A stretch of 64,000 bases of DNA from Patescibacteria group bacterium (GTDB lineage: Bacteria > Patescibacteriota > Patescibacteriia > Veblenbacterales > UBA10138). Shown one piece after another: positions 50,174 to 59,539 of the stretch. The notes under the pieces are model-generated. The model was not told the DNA's origin and ran no database searches. It saw only the letters and a program-made list of their open reading frames with translations. The stretch covers positions 118,091 to 182,090 of the forward strand of contig JBAZQK010000001.1 of the NCBI GenBank assembly GCA_041645215.1, written 5' to 3'. A program made the translations under genes and the position numbers. Numbering within the stretch: position 1 is the first letter of the stretch; every line of letters begins with the position of its first letter.

Positions 50174-50923
50174 ATGGACATAAGAAATATATTAGAAGCC
50201 TTAGGTTTAAATAAAAAGCAAGTAGATATTTATCTTACTTGCCTTGAACATGGGCCCGAAACTATTACAAATATTTCTAAACTGTCAGGCCACAAACGCT
50301 CCACCATTTATAACGTTATAGAGGATTTGCTTAGGGGCGGATTCTTGGTACTTATTCGTAGAAATAAACATACCCTATACGATGCCGAGAAACCCAAGCG
50401 ATTATTGACTATTATTAGAGCTCGTGAGAGAGAATTGGAGCAATTACTTCCGCAGTTAGAAACTATTCGAAATACAAAAAAAGAAATACCAAACATTCAA
50501 ATTCTTGAATCGGAAGTTTCTGTAAAAAACTTATATGATGAAGTGTATTCAAGTTTTAATAATAAAGATGAGGTCTGTTTTTTGAGCGCTGTCGGTGACT
50601 TGTTTAAAAATCTTCCTCTGGTAATGGATGCTTATTTTGCAAAATTTCATAATCGTAAAGATTATAAAATTCGGGAACTAATCTTAAACGACGAGGAGGG
50701 CAGGCGTTATGTTAGATTGTTGCGCCATAAAGGTATCTCGCACCCTGTTAAATTATTGCCAACCGACTTCCCTATTTTTAATGATCTAGTAATCTATGAG
50801 AATAAGGTTCTTATAGCCAGCTTTAAAAATAGGGTTATCGTAACCTTATTTGATAATCCAGAAATTTTTTTAACGCTCAAAACGCTTTTTGAGTGGGCTT
50901 GGCAAAATGGCAAATTGGTTTAA
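50174..50923 (+). CDS. TrmB-family transcriptional regulator
   Basis: LGL..IYL..L HTH with RSTIY; IYENKV C-terminus. Confidence 0.88.
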   Translation: MDIRNILEALGLNKKQVDIYLTCLEHGPETITNISKLSGHKRSTIYNVIEDLLRGGFLVLIRRNKHTLYDAEKPKRLLTIIRARERELEQLLPQLETIRNTKKEIPNIQILESEVSVKNLYDEVYSSFNNKDEVCFLSAVGDLFKNLPLVMDAYFAKFHNRKDYKIRELILNDEEGRRYVRLLRHKGISHPVKLLPTDFPIFNDLVIYENKVLIASFKNRVIVTLFDNPEIFLTLKTLFEWAWQNGKLV

Positions 50924-50976
50924 TATTGCCCTACTAGGACATTATCACGTTGCCGCGACATTGCTGCGACACGGCC

Positions 50977-51022
50977 TTGACAAATATAGCTAGATGAATT
51001 ATATTATCTTGTTCTTTAACAA
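50977..51022 (+). promoter_or_regulatory. sigma70 promoter plus boxA-like element
   Basis: TTGACA-17-TATATT, then TGTTCTTTAACAA (51010-51022). Confidence 0.6.
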
Positions 51023-51160
51023 AAGTTTATAGTCCTCTGTTGTGGCCATTTTCATACTGGTCAGAACAGAGGGTTGTAAACAATGGGTCTAGTTCAAAAA
51101 ATAAATCATAAACTACAAATAATTCAATAATCAAAAACCAAAAACGAAGGAGGTGTCATT

Positions 51161-51301
51161 ATGACAAGCTGGATAACAATAGGCCAGTACGAATATGAGT
51201 ATAACGAAGCTGGCTACACTGGCTGGTGCCGATGCGTCGGCGGAATGATGGCCAAGGGGAAATGGCCCCAATGGAATTATCTAACCGGCACCACACGTTA
51301 A
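51161..51301 (+). CDS. 46-aa small protein (not in ORF track)
   Basis: AAGGAGGTG SD; MTSWITIGQYEYEYNEAGYTGWCRCVGGMMAKGKWPQWNYLTGTTR. Confidence 0.6.
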   Translation: MTSWITIGQYEYEYNEAGYTGWCRCVGGMMAKGKWPQWNYLTGTTR

Positions 51302-51341
51302 CCATTAATCAACAAAAATAAATAACTCATGGGAGGTTACT

Positions 51342-51632
51342 TTGAGTAATAACATCAAAAAAATCAAACGCCACGTCTATTTTAGCGGTAATGTACAGAG
51401 TCTAGAATTTCTGACTCCGGACGGTAAAAAGGCTACCATTGGCGTAATAATGCCAGGCGAATACAATTTCGGCACAGCTAAACAAAAAGAAACAATTTCT
51501 GTCTTGCAGGGTATGGTCTTTACAAAGGAAGGCAGTCTTCGCCCTGGTGGCTATCCAATCGTGTTTGAGCCAGGTACGAAAATTATATTTTCCTGCCCTG
51601 AACCAGTCGCCTATTTATGTCTTTATGGCTAA
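51342..51632 (+). CDS. ppnP: Pyrimidine/purine nucleoside phosphorylase-like (DUF1255)
   Basis: VYFSGNVQS..ATIGVIMPGEYNFGT..E..AYLCLYG. Confidence 0.8.
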   Translation: MSNNIKKIKRHVYFSGNVQSLEFLTPDGKKATIGVIMPGEYNFGTAKQKETISVLQGMVFTKEGSLRPGGYPIVFEPGTKIIFSCPEPVAYLCLYG

Positions 51633-51797
51633 AACTATAAAGAGACGCAAACAAAATTAAAGTGTGTAGGGCAACGCCCAACACACTCTTTTTTTATTAA
51701 AAACTAACACCATCAACTGGCTTATGTTCAAATTAAACTTCCGGCGAATTATTTAATTGTTATTAAATTGTTGACTAGAGCCTTAACAATTAATTTC

Positions 51798-51875
51798 TTA
51801 AGCAGCCGGGGTGGTTGGTTCAACCGGAGGGCAAGTGCATGGCTCATTGTCACATTTCGGGCAAACATCTGTCAT
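51798..51875 (-). CDS. 25-aa Cys-rich microprotein (not in ORF track)
   Basis: AAGGAG SD 8 nt upstream; MTDVCPKCDNEPCTCPPVEPTTPAA. Confidence 0.5.
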   Translation of the reverse strand: MTDVCPKCDNEPCTCPPVEPTTPAA

Positions 51876-51988
51876 ATACCTAGGCTCCTTTCTACCCCGC
51901 GGGTTCTTTATAAAAAAACTTACGAGTTACGTAAATAATTAGCTAGCTAAGAATAGCATATGAGATAAACCCGTTAACTATCAGCAGG

Positions 51989-52228
51989 ATGGTTTCAACG
52001 AAGATGGATTTCTTTTTTCCCTGTCGGAGTTTTACGGTAATGCCATTGGAAATCCAAGTATTTGATACCGCTGGTTTTCTTGCTCGGCAAGAAATAAAGG
52101 ATACTGGCCAGCAAGTAGTGTTTTACAAATTTGCTGGTGGAACAGTCATTGAGCTTGGCGACAACGGCAAATACATAACTGTTGACAGAGACGAATGGCT
52201 CGTTAAGTTTCCACGGACTAGTAACTAA
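51989..52228 (+). CDS. Hypothetical protein
   Basis: 79-aa ORF followed by a terminator near 52266-52301. Confidence 0.4.
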   Translation: MVSTKMDFFFPCRSFTVMPLEIQVFDTAGFLARQEIKDTGQQVVFYKFAGGTVIELGDNGKYITVDRDEWLVKFPRTSN

Positions 52229-52339
52229 GAAAGTCTGAAAAAACAAAACTAAGTTATTAATTCAGGGCCACCTTATAGTTTTTTCGAGGTGGTCTTTTTT
52301 TATCAAAAAATCACCCGCATCGGGTGGCTTATGATTTTT

Positions 52340-52404
52340 ACCGTTGCCGGGAACCCCGATAGTAGTCCCGCTAAGCGGGACACTACGGCGCAAGTCAAAC
52401 CCTG
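52340..52404 (-). pseudogene. Decayed tRNA 3' fragment with 41-bp T-loop insertion
   Basis: Removing 52354-52394 gives CCAGGGTTTGATTCCCGGCAACGGT. Confidence 0.6.
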
Positions 52405-52437
52405 GTTTTTATTCATCCACCAAATTAAATATTAGCT

Positions 52438-52512
52438 TGGTAGCCCCTAGGGGAATCGAACCCCTATTACGTCATTGAAAGCGACGTGTCCTAACCATTA
52501 GACGAAGGGGCC
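52438..52512 (-). tRNA. tRNA-Glu(TTC)
   Basis: Cloverleaf; CGTCG-CT-TTC-AA-TGACG; CCA encoded. Confidence 0.96.
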
Positions 52513-52591
52513 ATAATATTTGGTGGGCGGGTTGGAAAAGCGTGGTGCCTGCCCCGCACCGAGCTCAGCTCTGGTGCTGGGGTCCTAACCA

Positions 52592-52846
52592 TTAGACGAT
52601 AGCGGCATGTAGATTATTAAATAACTCAATTCTAGCTTTGGCTGTCTTTTTAAGAAATAGTTCTCTTTTTCTAGCTAACATTCGGTTACTGTAAGCTTCA
52701 GTATATATAACCTTTAGCGGTCTATATGCTTTAGTAGATTTGACCTTACCTTTATTATGCTCTAGCAGCCTTCTTTCAACATTATCCGTACTGCCTATAT
52801 AATGCCAATTTTTCTTATTTCCTAAAAGTACATAAAGATAATACAT
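52592..52846 (-). CDS. Stand-alone GIY-YIG nuclease
   Basis: YYLYVL..HYIGST..RRLLEHN..KSTK..RP..E..ARKRE. Confidence 0.92.
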   Translation of the reverse strand: MYYLYVLLGNKKNWHYIGSTDNVERRLLEHNKGKVKSTKAYRPLKVIYTEAYSNRMLARKRELFLKKTAKARIELFNNLHAAIV

Positions 52847-52865
52847 ACTTTAACAAACTATGGTT

Positions 52866-52922
52866 GTGTCTCCTCCGGAGGAGGACCCGTCTCCGACGGG
52901 CTAACCATTAGACGAAGGGGCC
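52866..52922 (-). pseudogene. tRNA-Glu 5' fragment with 30-bp insertion
   Basis: 52901-52922 identical to 52491-52512; the next 5 nt resume at 52866-52870. Confidence 0.8.
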
Positions 52923-52939
52923 GCGTGTCAAGCGTTGAC

Positions 52940-52968
52940 ATTCTAAAATGTAATTGATTCTAAGTCAA
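52940..52968 (-). promoter_or_regulatory. Promoter of the tRNA-Glu/GIY-YIG locus
   Basis: TTGACT-17-TAGAAT. Confidence 0.7.
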
Positions 52969-53034
52969 CCAGTTGGTTAATTGTTGGTAAAATCTTGTCC
53001 AATACAGTAGCCTTGCTATACTGTTTATATAAGT

Positions 53035-53496
53035 ATGTCAGTATTTTCTTTTTTTGTTAAAGCCGATAGTGTGCCCGCCGCCGTCCCTAATCAGACTGTC
53101 GTTAAGGCCGGTAAAATTGCACCAACTGATGCTGAATCAGCCGTGGAGTGGTACTCGGATGAGTATGAAGGGCAGTTATCAGTGGATGTTTTTCAAACGC
53201 CTGATTATGTAGTGGTACGATCCACGATTGCCGGCGTCAGGCCGGAAGATTTGGATATTACTTTGAATAATGATGTTATTACTATCCGCGGCCGGCGTTA
53301 CCAAGAGGCTGAGGTTGCGCCGGAGGATTATTTTTATCAGGAGTGTTACTGGGGCGGTTTTTCGCGCTCCATTGTGCTGCCGGTGGAGGTTGACCCCGAG
53401 AAAGTGGAGGCGAGTTTAAAAAACGGGGTTCTGACAATTAAATTACCAAAAATTAAAACTAAGAGCGTGTCGGTAAAGGTGGAGGTAGAGGAATAA
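53035..53496 (+). CDS. Hsp20/alpha-crystallin protein
   Basis: VDVFQT, ECYWGGFSRSIVLP, ASLKNGVLTIKLPK. Confidence 0.94.
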   Translation: MSVFSFFVKADSVPAAVPNQTVVKAGKIAPTDAESAVEWYSDEYEGQLSVDVFQTPDYVVVRSTIAGVRPEDLDITLNNDVITIRGRRYQEAEVAPEDYFYQECYWGGFSRSIVLPVEVDPEKVEASLKNGVLTIKLPKIKTKSVSVKVEVEE

Positions 53497-53501
53497 TAAT
53501 T

Positions 53502-53723
53502 ATGGCTAATACTGTTCAATTAACCCTTGACCGTGTTGAAGGCGACCAGGCAATTTTAGTTTTTAGCGACCACATGCAAATTACGCTCCCGCTATCCTTA
53601 ATGCCTATCGGTACGACGGAAGGCTCGGTAGTTCGTTTGTCTATTGTCAAAGACGCTGACGCGACATTTGACCAGCAAGAGCAAGCTCGGCATTTGCTTA
53701 ACGAAGTCTTAAAGTCTAATTAA
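53502..53723 (+). CDS. DUF3006-like protein
   Basis: LDRVEGDQAIL..EG motif. Confidence 0.7.
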   Translation: MANTVQLTLDRVEGDQAILVFSDHMQITLPLSLMPIGTTEGSVVRLSIVKDADATFDQQEQARHLLNEVLKSN

Positions 53724-55612
53724 TGAGTATACCAAAGCGTTATTTTTCGCCGCGTTGGCTGGGGGTGATTTTTCCCGTAGTTTTTTTGTTGCTACTGGGT
53801 GCCAGTTTATCGATTTATAATTTAGCCTATGCGACTCGAATTTTCCCCGGGGTGGCAATGGGACAAATTAGTTTGGCTGGTTTAACGGCTAGTCAGGCGG
53901 AAAGTAAATTAAGTTCGGTTTGGAATGATTATAGTCAGGCGGGAATAGTTGTAAAATCAGACAAGTATCAGGTTACCGTGCCGGCAGTTTTAAATTCCAC
54001 CAATTCTGATTTAGCCGTTAATTTAATGTATGTTTATTTGGCTCAAGCCGCTACGGCGGCTTATCAGGTTGGGCACAGCGGCGTTTGGTATAATGATTTA
54101 GTTGAGCCGGTGTTAATTAGATTATGGCCGACCTTTGGTCAAATAAAATTGCCGGTTGACATTGATATAAATCGCCTAGTTAAATATATCAGCAGTAGTT
54201 TGCCCGAACTTGGCGCAAAATCAATTCCGGCGCGTTTGCGTTTAAATACCAACGACAAACTGGAAATAATCCCTGAAACTATAGGTAGAGAGATTGATGC
54301 CGTAGATTTAGGAATAAAGTTGCAGGCCAAAATTGAGACCATGTCAGCCGGGGCCATTGAATTAACGTTAAAATCTGAACCAGCCGCCGTGACCGCGCAA
54401 GAGTTAACAGTTTTGTTGCCGGCGGCGCAAGCCGCGTTAAAGCCGGTAAAATTAATTTTTACTTTTGCCGATGCGACTTGGGCAGCTCAACCAAGTGTGT
54501 GGCAGGCTTGGTTGCAGCCAGTGTTGAACCCGGACCAATTGGCGATTAGATTAAGCAGCGAGGCCGCCACTGGATTTTTCAGCGCCATCGGCCAGACAGT
54601 TAATCAGCCGGCGCAGGATGCTAAATTTGAGATTAAAGATGGCCGGGTAGAATTATTTCAAGCCAGCCAAGAAGGTCGGGAGGTTGATATTTCGGCCACC
54701 TTGGCTCAAATCAATGAGAAACTGGCGGCGATAGACAATAATATAACCTGGCCTTTGGTAGTTAAATCAACCCAACCAAATGTAACCACCGCCGAAGTTA
54801 ACAATCTGGGAGTTACTGAAATTATTGGTACCGGTAAGTCTAATTTTGCCGGTAGTCCGCCCAATCGCCGCCATAATATTAAAGTTGGGGCTGATAAGTT
54901 GAACGGCGTAATTATTCAGCCGGATGAAGAATTTTCGCTGGTTAAAACCTTAGGCGCGATTGATGCGGCATCCGGTTATTTGCAGGAATTAGTTATAAAG
55001 GGCAATAAAACTATTCCGGAGTACGGTGGCGGCTTGTGTCAAATTGGCACCACTACTTTTCGGGCGGCTTTAAGTTCAGGGTTGCCGATTTTAGAGCGAC
55101 GCAGCCATTCTTACCGGGTGCCTTATTATGAACCGGCTGGTACTGACGCCACCATTTACGACCCCAGTCCGGATTTTAAGTTTAAGAACGATACCGGCCG
55201 GGCAATTTTGATACAAACTAAAATCAAGGGCGATGAGTTGATATTTGAATTTTGGGGAGCTAAGGACGGGCGGCAGGCGGAGCAGACCAAGCCGCGCATC
55301 TATAATATTGTTAAACCGCCGCCAACTAAAATTATTGAAACAACTGAATTGCCGGTTGGTCAAAAAAAATGCACGGAAAAGGCGCATACGGGAGCGGATG
55401 CCGAATTTAATTACAAAGTTACTTATCCGAGCGGTGAGGTTAAAGATCAAACATTTCGCAGTCATTATGTACCATGGCAGGAGGTTTGTTTGCTGGGGGT
55501 GGCTAAATTAGATTCAAGTGAACAAAATTCAACCAGCGATAGTTCAGCCGCAACTCCGTCCGCCTCGTCCGATTTACCAGCCGCTGATATTTCTGGTCAA
55601 ACCGGAAATTAA
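53723..55612 (+). CDS. VanW family protein with peptidoglycan-binding and G5-like regions
   Basis: NRRHNI, GGGLCQIGTT, ERRSHSY, GTDAT, DFKFKND. Confidence 0.9.
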   Translation: MSIPKRYFSPRWLGVIFPVVFLLLLGASLSIYNLAYATRIFPGVAMGQISLAGLTASQAESKLSSVWNDYSQAGIVVKSDKYQVTVPAVLNSTNSDLAVNLMYVYLAQAATAAYQVGHSGVWYNDLVEPVLIRLWPTFGQIKLPVDIDINRLVKYISSSLPELGAKSIPARLRLNTNDKLEIIPETIGREIDAVDLGIKLQAKIETMSAGAIELTLKSEPAAVTAQELTVLLPAAQAALKPVKLIFTFADATWAAQPSVWQAWLQPVLNPDQLAIRLSSEAATGFFSAIGQTVNQPAQDAKFEIKDGRVELFQASQEGREVDISATLAQINEKLAAIDNNITWPLVVKSTQPNVTTAEVNNLGVTEIIGTGKSNFAGSPPNRRHNIKVGADKLNGVIIQPDEEFSLVKTLGAIDAASGYLQELVIKGNKTIPEYGGGLCQIGTTTFRAALSSGLPILERRSHSYRVPYYEPAGTDATIYDPSPDFKFKNDTGRAILIQTKIKGDELIFEFWGAKDGRQAEQTKPRIYNIVKPPPTKIIETTELPVGQKKCTEKAHTGADAEFNYKVTYPSGEVKDQTFRSHYVPWQEVCLLGVAKLDSSEQNSTSDSSAATPSASSDLPAADISGQTGN

Positions 55613-55618
55613 TTTTAA

Positions 55619-55745
55619 CAGGATTTACGCGTTTGACTTTCGGAAGGTGGTGTTTTTGTAGCCGTCATTCTGACCCGCTTCCGCAACTCCGGCGGACATT
55701 GGGTCAGAATCTCTTGATTCAGTGAAGATAAACCCGTAAGTCCGG
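55619..55745. mobile_element. MITE-like element, TAGGAC family
   Basis: CAGGATTTACGCGTTT / AAACCCGTAAGTCCGG. Confidence 0.6.
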
Positions 55746-55781
55746 AGATTATTAGTCTTTTGGCAATTGATTTGACCAGTT

Positions 55782-56678
55782 ATGATTCAAAATTCAATTC
55801 AACTCCACCCCAATAAAGGGTTGGTGGCTTTAATGTTGGCTGCTCTTTTATACGGTTTATATGGTGTTATTTCAAAAATAGTTGGCATTGATTTTGGTGT
55901 TTTCTTTTTAGGCTGGAGTCGGGGAGTTATTATCGGTCTAGTTGTTCTAATAATTTTTTTTGTACGGCGGCATTGGATAAAGTTACAAACCGGAGATTAC
56001 AAATGGTTCGCCAGCATGAGTGCCGCCGGCGTGATTTCATTTTTGACGATTTTTGTGGCTTTTAATTATATACCAATCGGCACCGCCTTATTTATTTTTT
56101 TCTCAAGTTTAATTATAGCGAGTTACGTAATTGGCTATTGGCTGTTTAGAGAGCAATTAACCGTTAGTAAGTTAGTTCTACTGGGGCTGTCTTTGGCCGG
56201 ACTTATACTGCTTTTTTACGGACGTCTTGATGGTGATAATTGGCAGTTTTTGGCGCTCGCCTGTATTTCCGGGATAAGCGGCGCTATTTGGAATGTATTT
56301 TCTAAAAAAGTTTCGGTTGTTTATCCGCTCAGCGAAATAATTTTAATTGATGCCATAATGGCGATTATTATTTGTTTGCCGCTTTCCTTAGTGTTTAGAG
56401 AGCCAGTCTCATTCTTTAATTTTTTTACGGAATTACCCACCATTGGGCTATTCGCTTTTATAACAATTGGCGCCAATGCTATGACATTTACCGGCTTTAA
56501 AAATCTACCAGCGCAAATTGCCAGTATTATTATGTTATTGGAATTGGTCTATGGCGTTATTTTTGGCTGGTTATTCTTTAAGGAAATTTTATCGCCCCTG
56601 GAAATGGCTGGTGGAATACTGATTATTCTGGCGGTTGTTTTATCCAGTTTAATAGCCAAGGAGCGTGTTAGTATTTAA
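55782..56678 (+). CDS. EamA/DMT family transporter
   Basis: About ten TM helices, duplicated EamA pattern. Confidence 0.88.
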   Translation: MIQNSIQLHPNKGLVALMLAALLYGLYGVISKIVGIDFGVFFLGWSRGVIIGLVVLIIFFVRRHWIKLQTGDYKWFASMSAAGVISFLTIFVAFNYIPIGTALFIFFSSLIIASYVIGYWLFREQLTVSKLVLLGLSLAGLILLFYGRLDGDNWQFLALACISGISGAIWNVFSKKVSVVYPLSEIILIDAIMAIIICLPLSLVFREPVSFFNFFTELPTIGLFAFITIGANAMTFTGFKNLPAQIASIIMLLELVYGVIFGWLFFKEILSPLEMAGGILIILAVVLSSLIAKERVSI

Positions 56679-56845
56679 TAGGACTTACGCGTTTGAGCCA
56701 AGTTCGAGGCAAAACCGAGCATTTGAGCAAGCCGTAGTAAAACTACGGTGAGCGAAAAGCGGAGGTTTTAACGAAGAAATTGGCCAAAGCCGCTTGAGGG
56801 GTCGTCCCTGCGCCCGCCCCTAAAGCGGCAAACCCGTAAGTCCTA
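56679..56845. mobile_element. MITE-like element, TAGGAC family
   Basis: TAGGACTTACGCGTTTG / CAAACCCGTAAGTCCTA (16/17). Confidence 0.75.
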
Positions 56846-57366
56846 TTTAAGTCGTTATAACCCTAAGGACAGGCAGAGTCTTGCCGCCGTCTTGATAAAG
56901 TCCTTGTTAATCATCTTAGGTAGCATTGACTATTTAGCGGGCATCAGGTAAAAAGAGCATATGAAGCTCCCTCCCGATGTACATCGGGACTACGGCGGGT
57001 TATAAAGCCTAACCGCTCGGGCCCCAATCTGGCCGAAGCCTACATACAAAAATGCATATCTCGTCCATTATCCACCCCCGCCTTTGACCCCTACGTTCCC
57101 ATCACCCGCCTTCTTGACATCAAAACCCTCAATAACCGCTTGGGTTGGCGGCGGAGCCCCGCTAAGCGGGGCGGAGGAGAATAAAAATACACCCACAGGG
57201 GGTGGCAAGAAAATCTGCATTAGCATAATTCTAGCCCGCGAACGAGCCGGAAGTAAGCTGATGCACGATTCCCATGCTTGTCGTGCCACCGCTTTTGAGT
57301 GTATTTATAAATACCTAGTTGTTAATCAAGCTCTGGTATTTTACTTGTCCCGCCGATTCGGCGGGG

Positions 57367-57466
57367 CCTGCCCGCCGTTTGCCTCACCCAATCAACAAAT
57401 CATTGTTTAATTACCGTACTTGTTCATAGCCAGATTATATTTAAAACACTAGCTTTGGCAGGCGGG
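57367..57466 (-). repeat. ~100-bp dispersed element, copy 3 (partial further end adjacent at 57468-57497)
   Basis: Minus strand CCCGCCTGCCAAAGC..GAGGCAAACGGCGGGCAGG; alignable with 13539-13640. Confidence 0.7.
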
Positions 57467-57669
57467 GCCTGCCCGCCATCAGCCTCTTGCAATCAGCGAA
57501 TCTCCCGCCTGCCTTGTTCAGCCGAGCCGGCGGGATTTTGACAGTTTAAGCCCAAAACAACGTTGCTTTGAGGGATTTGTAATGTTAGGGAGTTTTTATT
57601 TAACTGGCAATCTTAGCACGCGGTATTTTTCTTGTCAAGGGGGGTTTAAGAATGGTAATCTAACCATAT

Positions 57670-58704
57670 ATGAACGATAAACCAGCCGGTGTTCGCATTG
57701 TCAACCGCGACGAGCAAACTGAGGATAAGCTGCTAGATACTAAATTGCGTCCGCAAACGCTGGCCGAGTATATTGGTCAAGGTCAAGTTAAAGATAATTT
57801 GGCTATTTTTTTGCAGGCCGCCAAACAACGCCATGAACCGATTGAGCATGTTTTACTGTATGGTCCGCCTGGTTTAGGTAAAACTACTTTGGCTCATATA
57901 ATCGCCAAGGAAATGGAAGCTGGCATAAAAGTAACTTCCGGTCCGGCGATTGAACGCGCCGGCGACTTAGCGGCCATTTTAACAAATTTGGAACCGGGCG
58001 ATATTTTATTTATTGACGAAATTCACCGTTTAAACAAAATAATTGAGGAGGTGCTGTATCCGGCCATGGAAGAGTCGGCCCTGGATTTAGTGATTGGCAA
58101 GGGTCCGTCCGCCCGGACCTTGCGCTTGGATTTGCCGCGGTTTACGTTAATTGGCGCGACCACGCGTTATCATTTGATATCGGGCCCGCTCCGTAATCGT
58201 TTTGGGGCGACATTTCGTTTAAATTTTTACAGTCCGAGCGAAATGAAGCAGATTGTCGAGCGTTCCGCCAAACTGATAAATCTTAAATTGGAGCCGGGTG
58301 CGGCTACGGCGATGGCTGACCGATCGCGGGCGACACCACGGATTGCTAACCGGCTGTTGCGGCGGGTTCGTGATTACGCGCAAGTTAAAGGACAGGGGGT
58401 GGTAACAGCTGATTTAGCCCAAGCCGCGCTTGATCAATTAGCCGTTGACCCGGTGGGACTTGATGATTTGGACCGGCAAATTTTGCGGGTTATTATTGAA
58501 AAATACAAAGGCGGTCCGGTTGGAGTAAGTTCCATTGCCGCCGCCTTGAGCGAGGAGATGGGTGCGATTGAGGAAATTTACGAGCCGTTTTTAATGCAAT
58601 TAGGCTTTTTGGCGCGCACCCCACGCGGGCGGGTGGCGACGGAGGCGGCCTATAAACATCTTGGTCTTGACGAAACTAAATCAAATCAAAATCGGTTGGT
58701 ATAG
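57670..58704 (+). CDS. ruvB: Holliday junction helicase RuvB
   Basis: [27 protein letters not shown]. Confidence 0.98.
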   Translation: MNDKPAGVRIVNRDEQTEDKLLDTKLRPQTLAEYIGQGQVKDNLAIFLQAAKQRHEPIEHVLLYGPPGLGKTTLAHIIAKEMEAGIKVTSGPAIERAGDLAAILTNLEPGDILFIDEIHRLNKIIEEVLYPAMEESALDLVIGKGPSARTLRLDLPRFTLIGATTRYHLISGPLRNRFGATFRLNFYSPSEMKQIVERSAKLINLKLEPGAATAMADRSRATPRIANRLLRRVRDYAQVKGQGVVTADLAQAALDQLAVDPVGLDDLDRQILRVIIEKYKGGPVGVSSIAAALSEEMGAIEEIYEPFLMQLGFLARTPRGRVATEAAYKHLGLDETKSNQNRLV

Positions 58705-58725
58705 TAATAATTTTTTACATTTATT

Positions 58726-58980
58726 ATGGCCGTTCCTTATTATATTTTTTTACTTATATATCTGCTGATTGCGGTGGCGTTGTTGCTTTATGGCGCATCT
58801 ATCTTGTGGCACTTATTGCGCTATGGGTTTTTGTCGTGGGGGTCGGTGTTTTTAACTTTTATAATGATCGCCGGGACGGTGGTAGTTCTTTTTATATCGT
58901 ATCGGACACTGGCGCCGGTGGACTGGAATCAGAGTTTTGATTTGTTCGGTTTTATTTTTAACCTTAATCCACTTCGCTAA
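58726..58980 (+). CDS. Small membrane protein
   Basis: Two TM helices; directly after ruvB. Confidence 0.7.
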   Translation: MAVPYYIFLLIYLLIAVALLLYGASILWHLLRYGFLSWGSVFLTFIMIAGTVVVLFISYRTLAPVDWNQSFDLFGFIFNLNPLR

Positions 58981-58981
58981 T

Positions 58982-59539
58982 ATGTATTTAGGTCGCGTTT
59001 TAAGTTCGCCTCTGCCAGGAGAAAAAGTGATTTTTTATTTGCGTAAGCATTGGTATAAATTTTTAAAGATAATTTTGTTCTATACTTTTTTGGGTATTAT
59101 TCCGGGAGTTATATTGTTGGGTTTGTTAAGATTTTATCCGGGATTAGTTGAATGGTTGTTCAATGGAGCTTTGGTGGAAGTGTTGGTTAAATTGGGACTT
59201 AGCCTTTATTACCTGGCAGTATGGCTATTTTTTTGGAATACTTGGGTGGATTATTATTTGGACGTTTGGTTGGTGACGAACGAACGAATTTTACATCTGG
59301 AGCAGAAGGGTTTGTTTAGCCGGACAACTTCAGAATTGAGGTTAAACCGAGTTCAGGACGTGGCCGCTGATGTTAAGGGTTTAGCCGCCACGATTTTTGA
59401 TTTTGGCACAGTGCGGGTGCAAACTGCCGGCACGGCGCCTAATTTTATTTTTGAATTAGTGCCTGACCCGCATAAAATTGCCGAACAAATCATGAGGTTG
59501 GCGGATGCGGCTCGAGTTAAGGCTGAGCCTATAACATAA
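58982..59539 (+). CDS. Bacterial PH-domain membrane protein
   Basis: YYLDVWLVTNERI..QKGLF..VQDV..FDFGTVRVQTAG. Confidence 0.85.
   Translation: MYLGRVLSSPLPGEKVIFYLRKHWYKFLKIILFYTFLGIIPGVILLGLLRFYPGLVEWLFNGALVEVLVKLGLSLYYLAVWLFFWNTWVDYYLDVWLVTNERILHLEQKGLFSRTTSELRLNRVQDVAADVKGLAATIFDFGTVRVQTAGTAPNFIFELVPDPHKIAEQIMRLADAARVKAEPIT

Noticed and set aside
57068-57410. ORFs 57084..57410 and 57068..57289
   Set aside because: They span palindromic repeats and lack initiation signals or recognisable motifs
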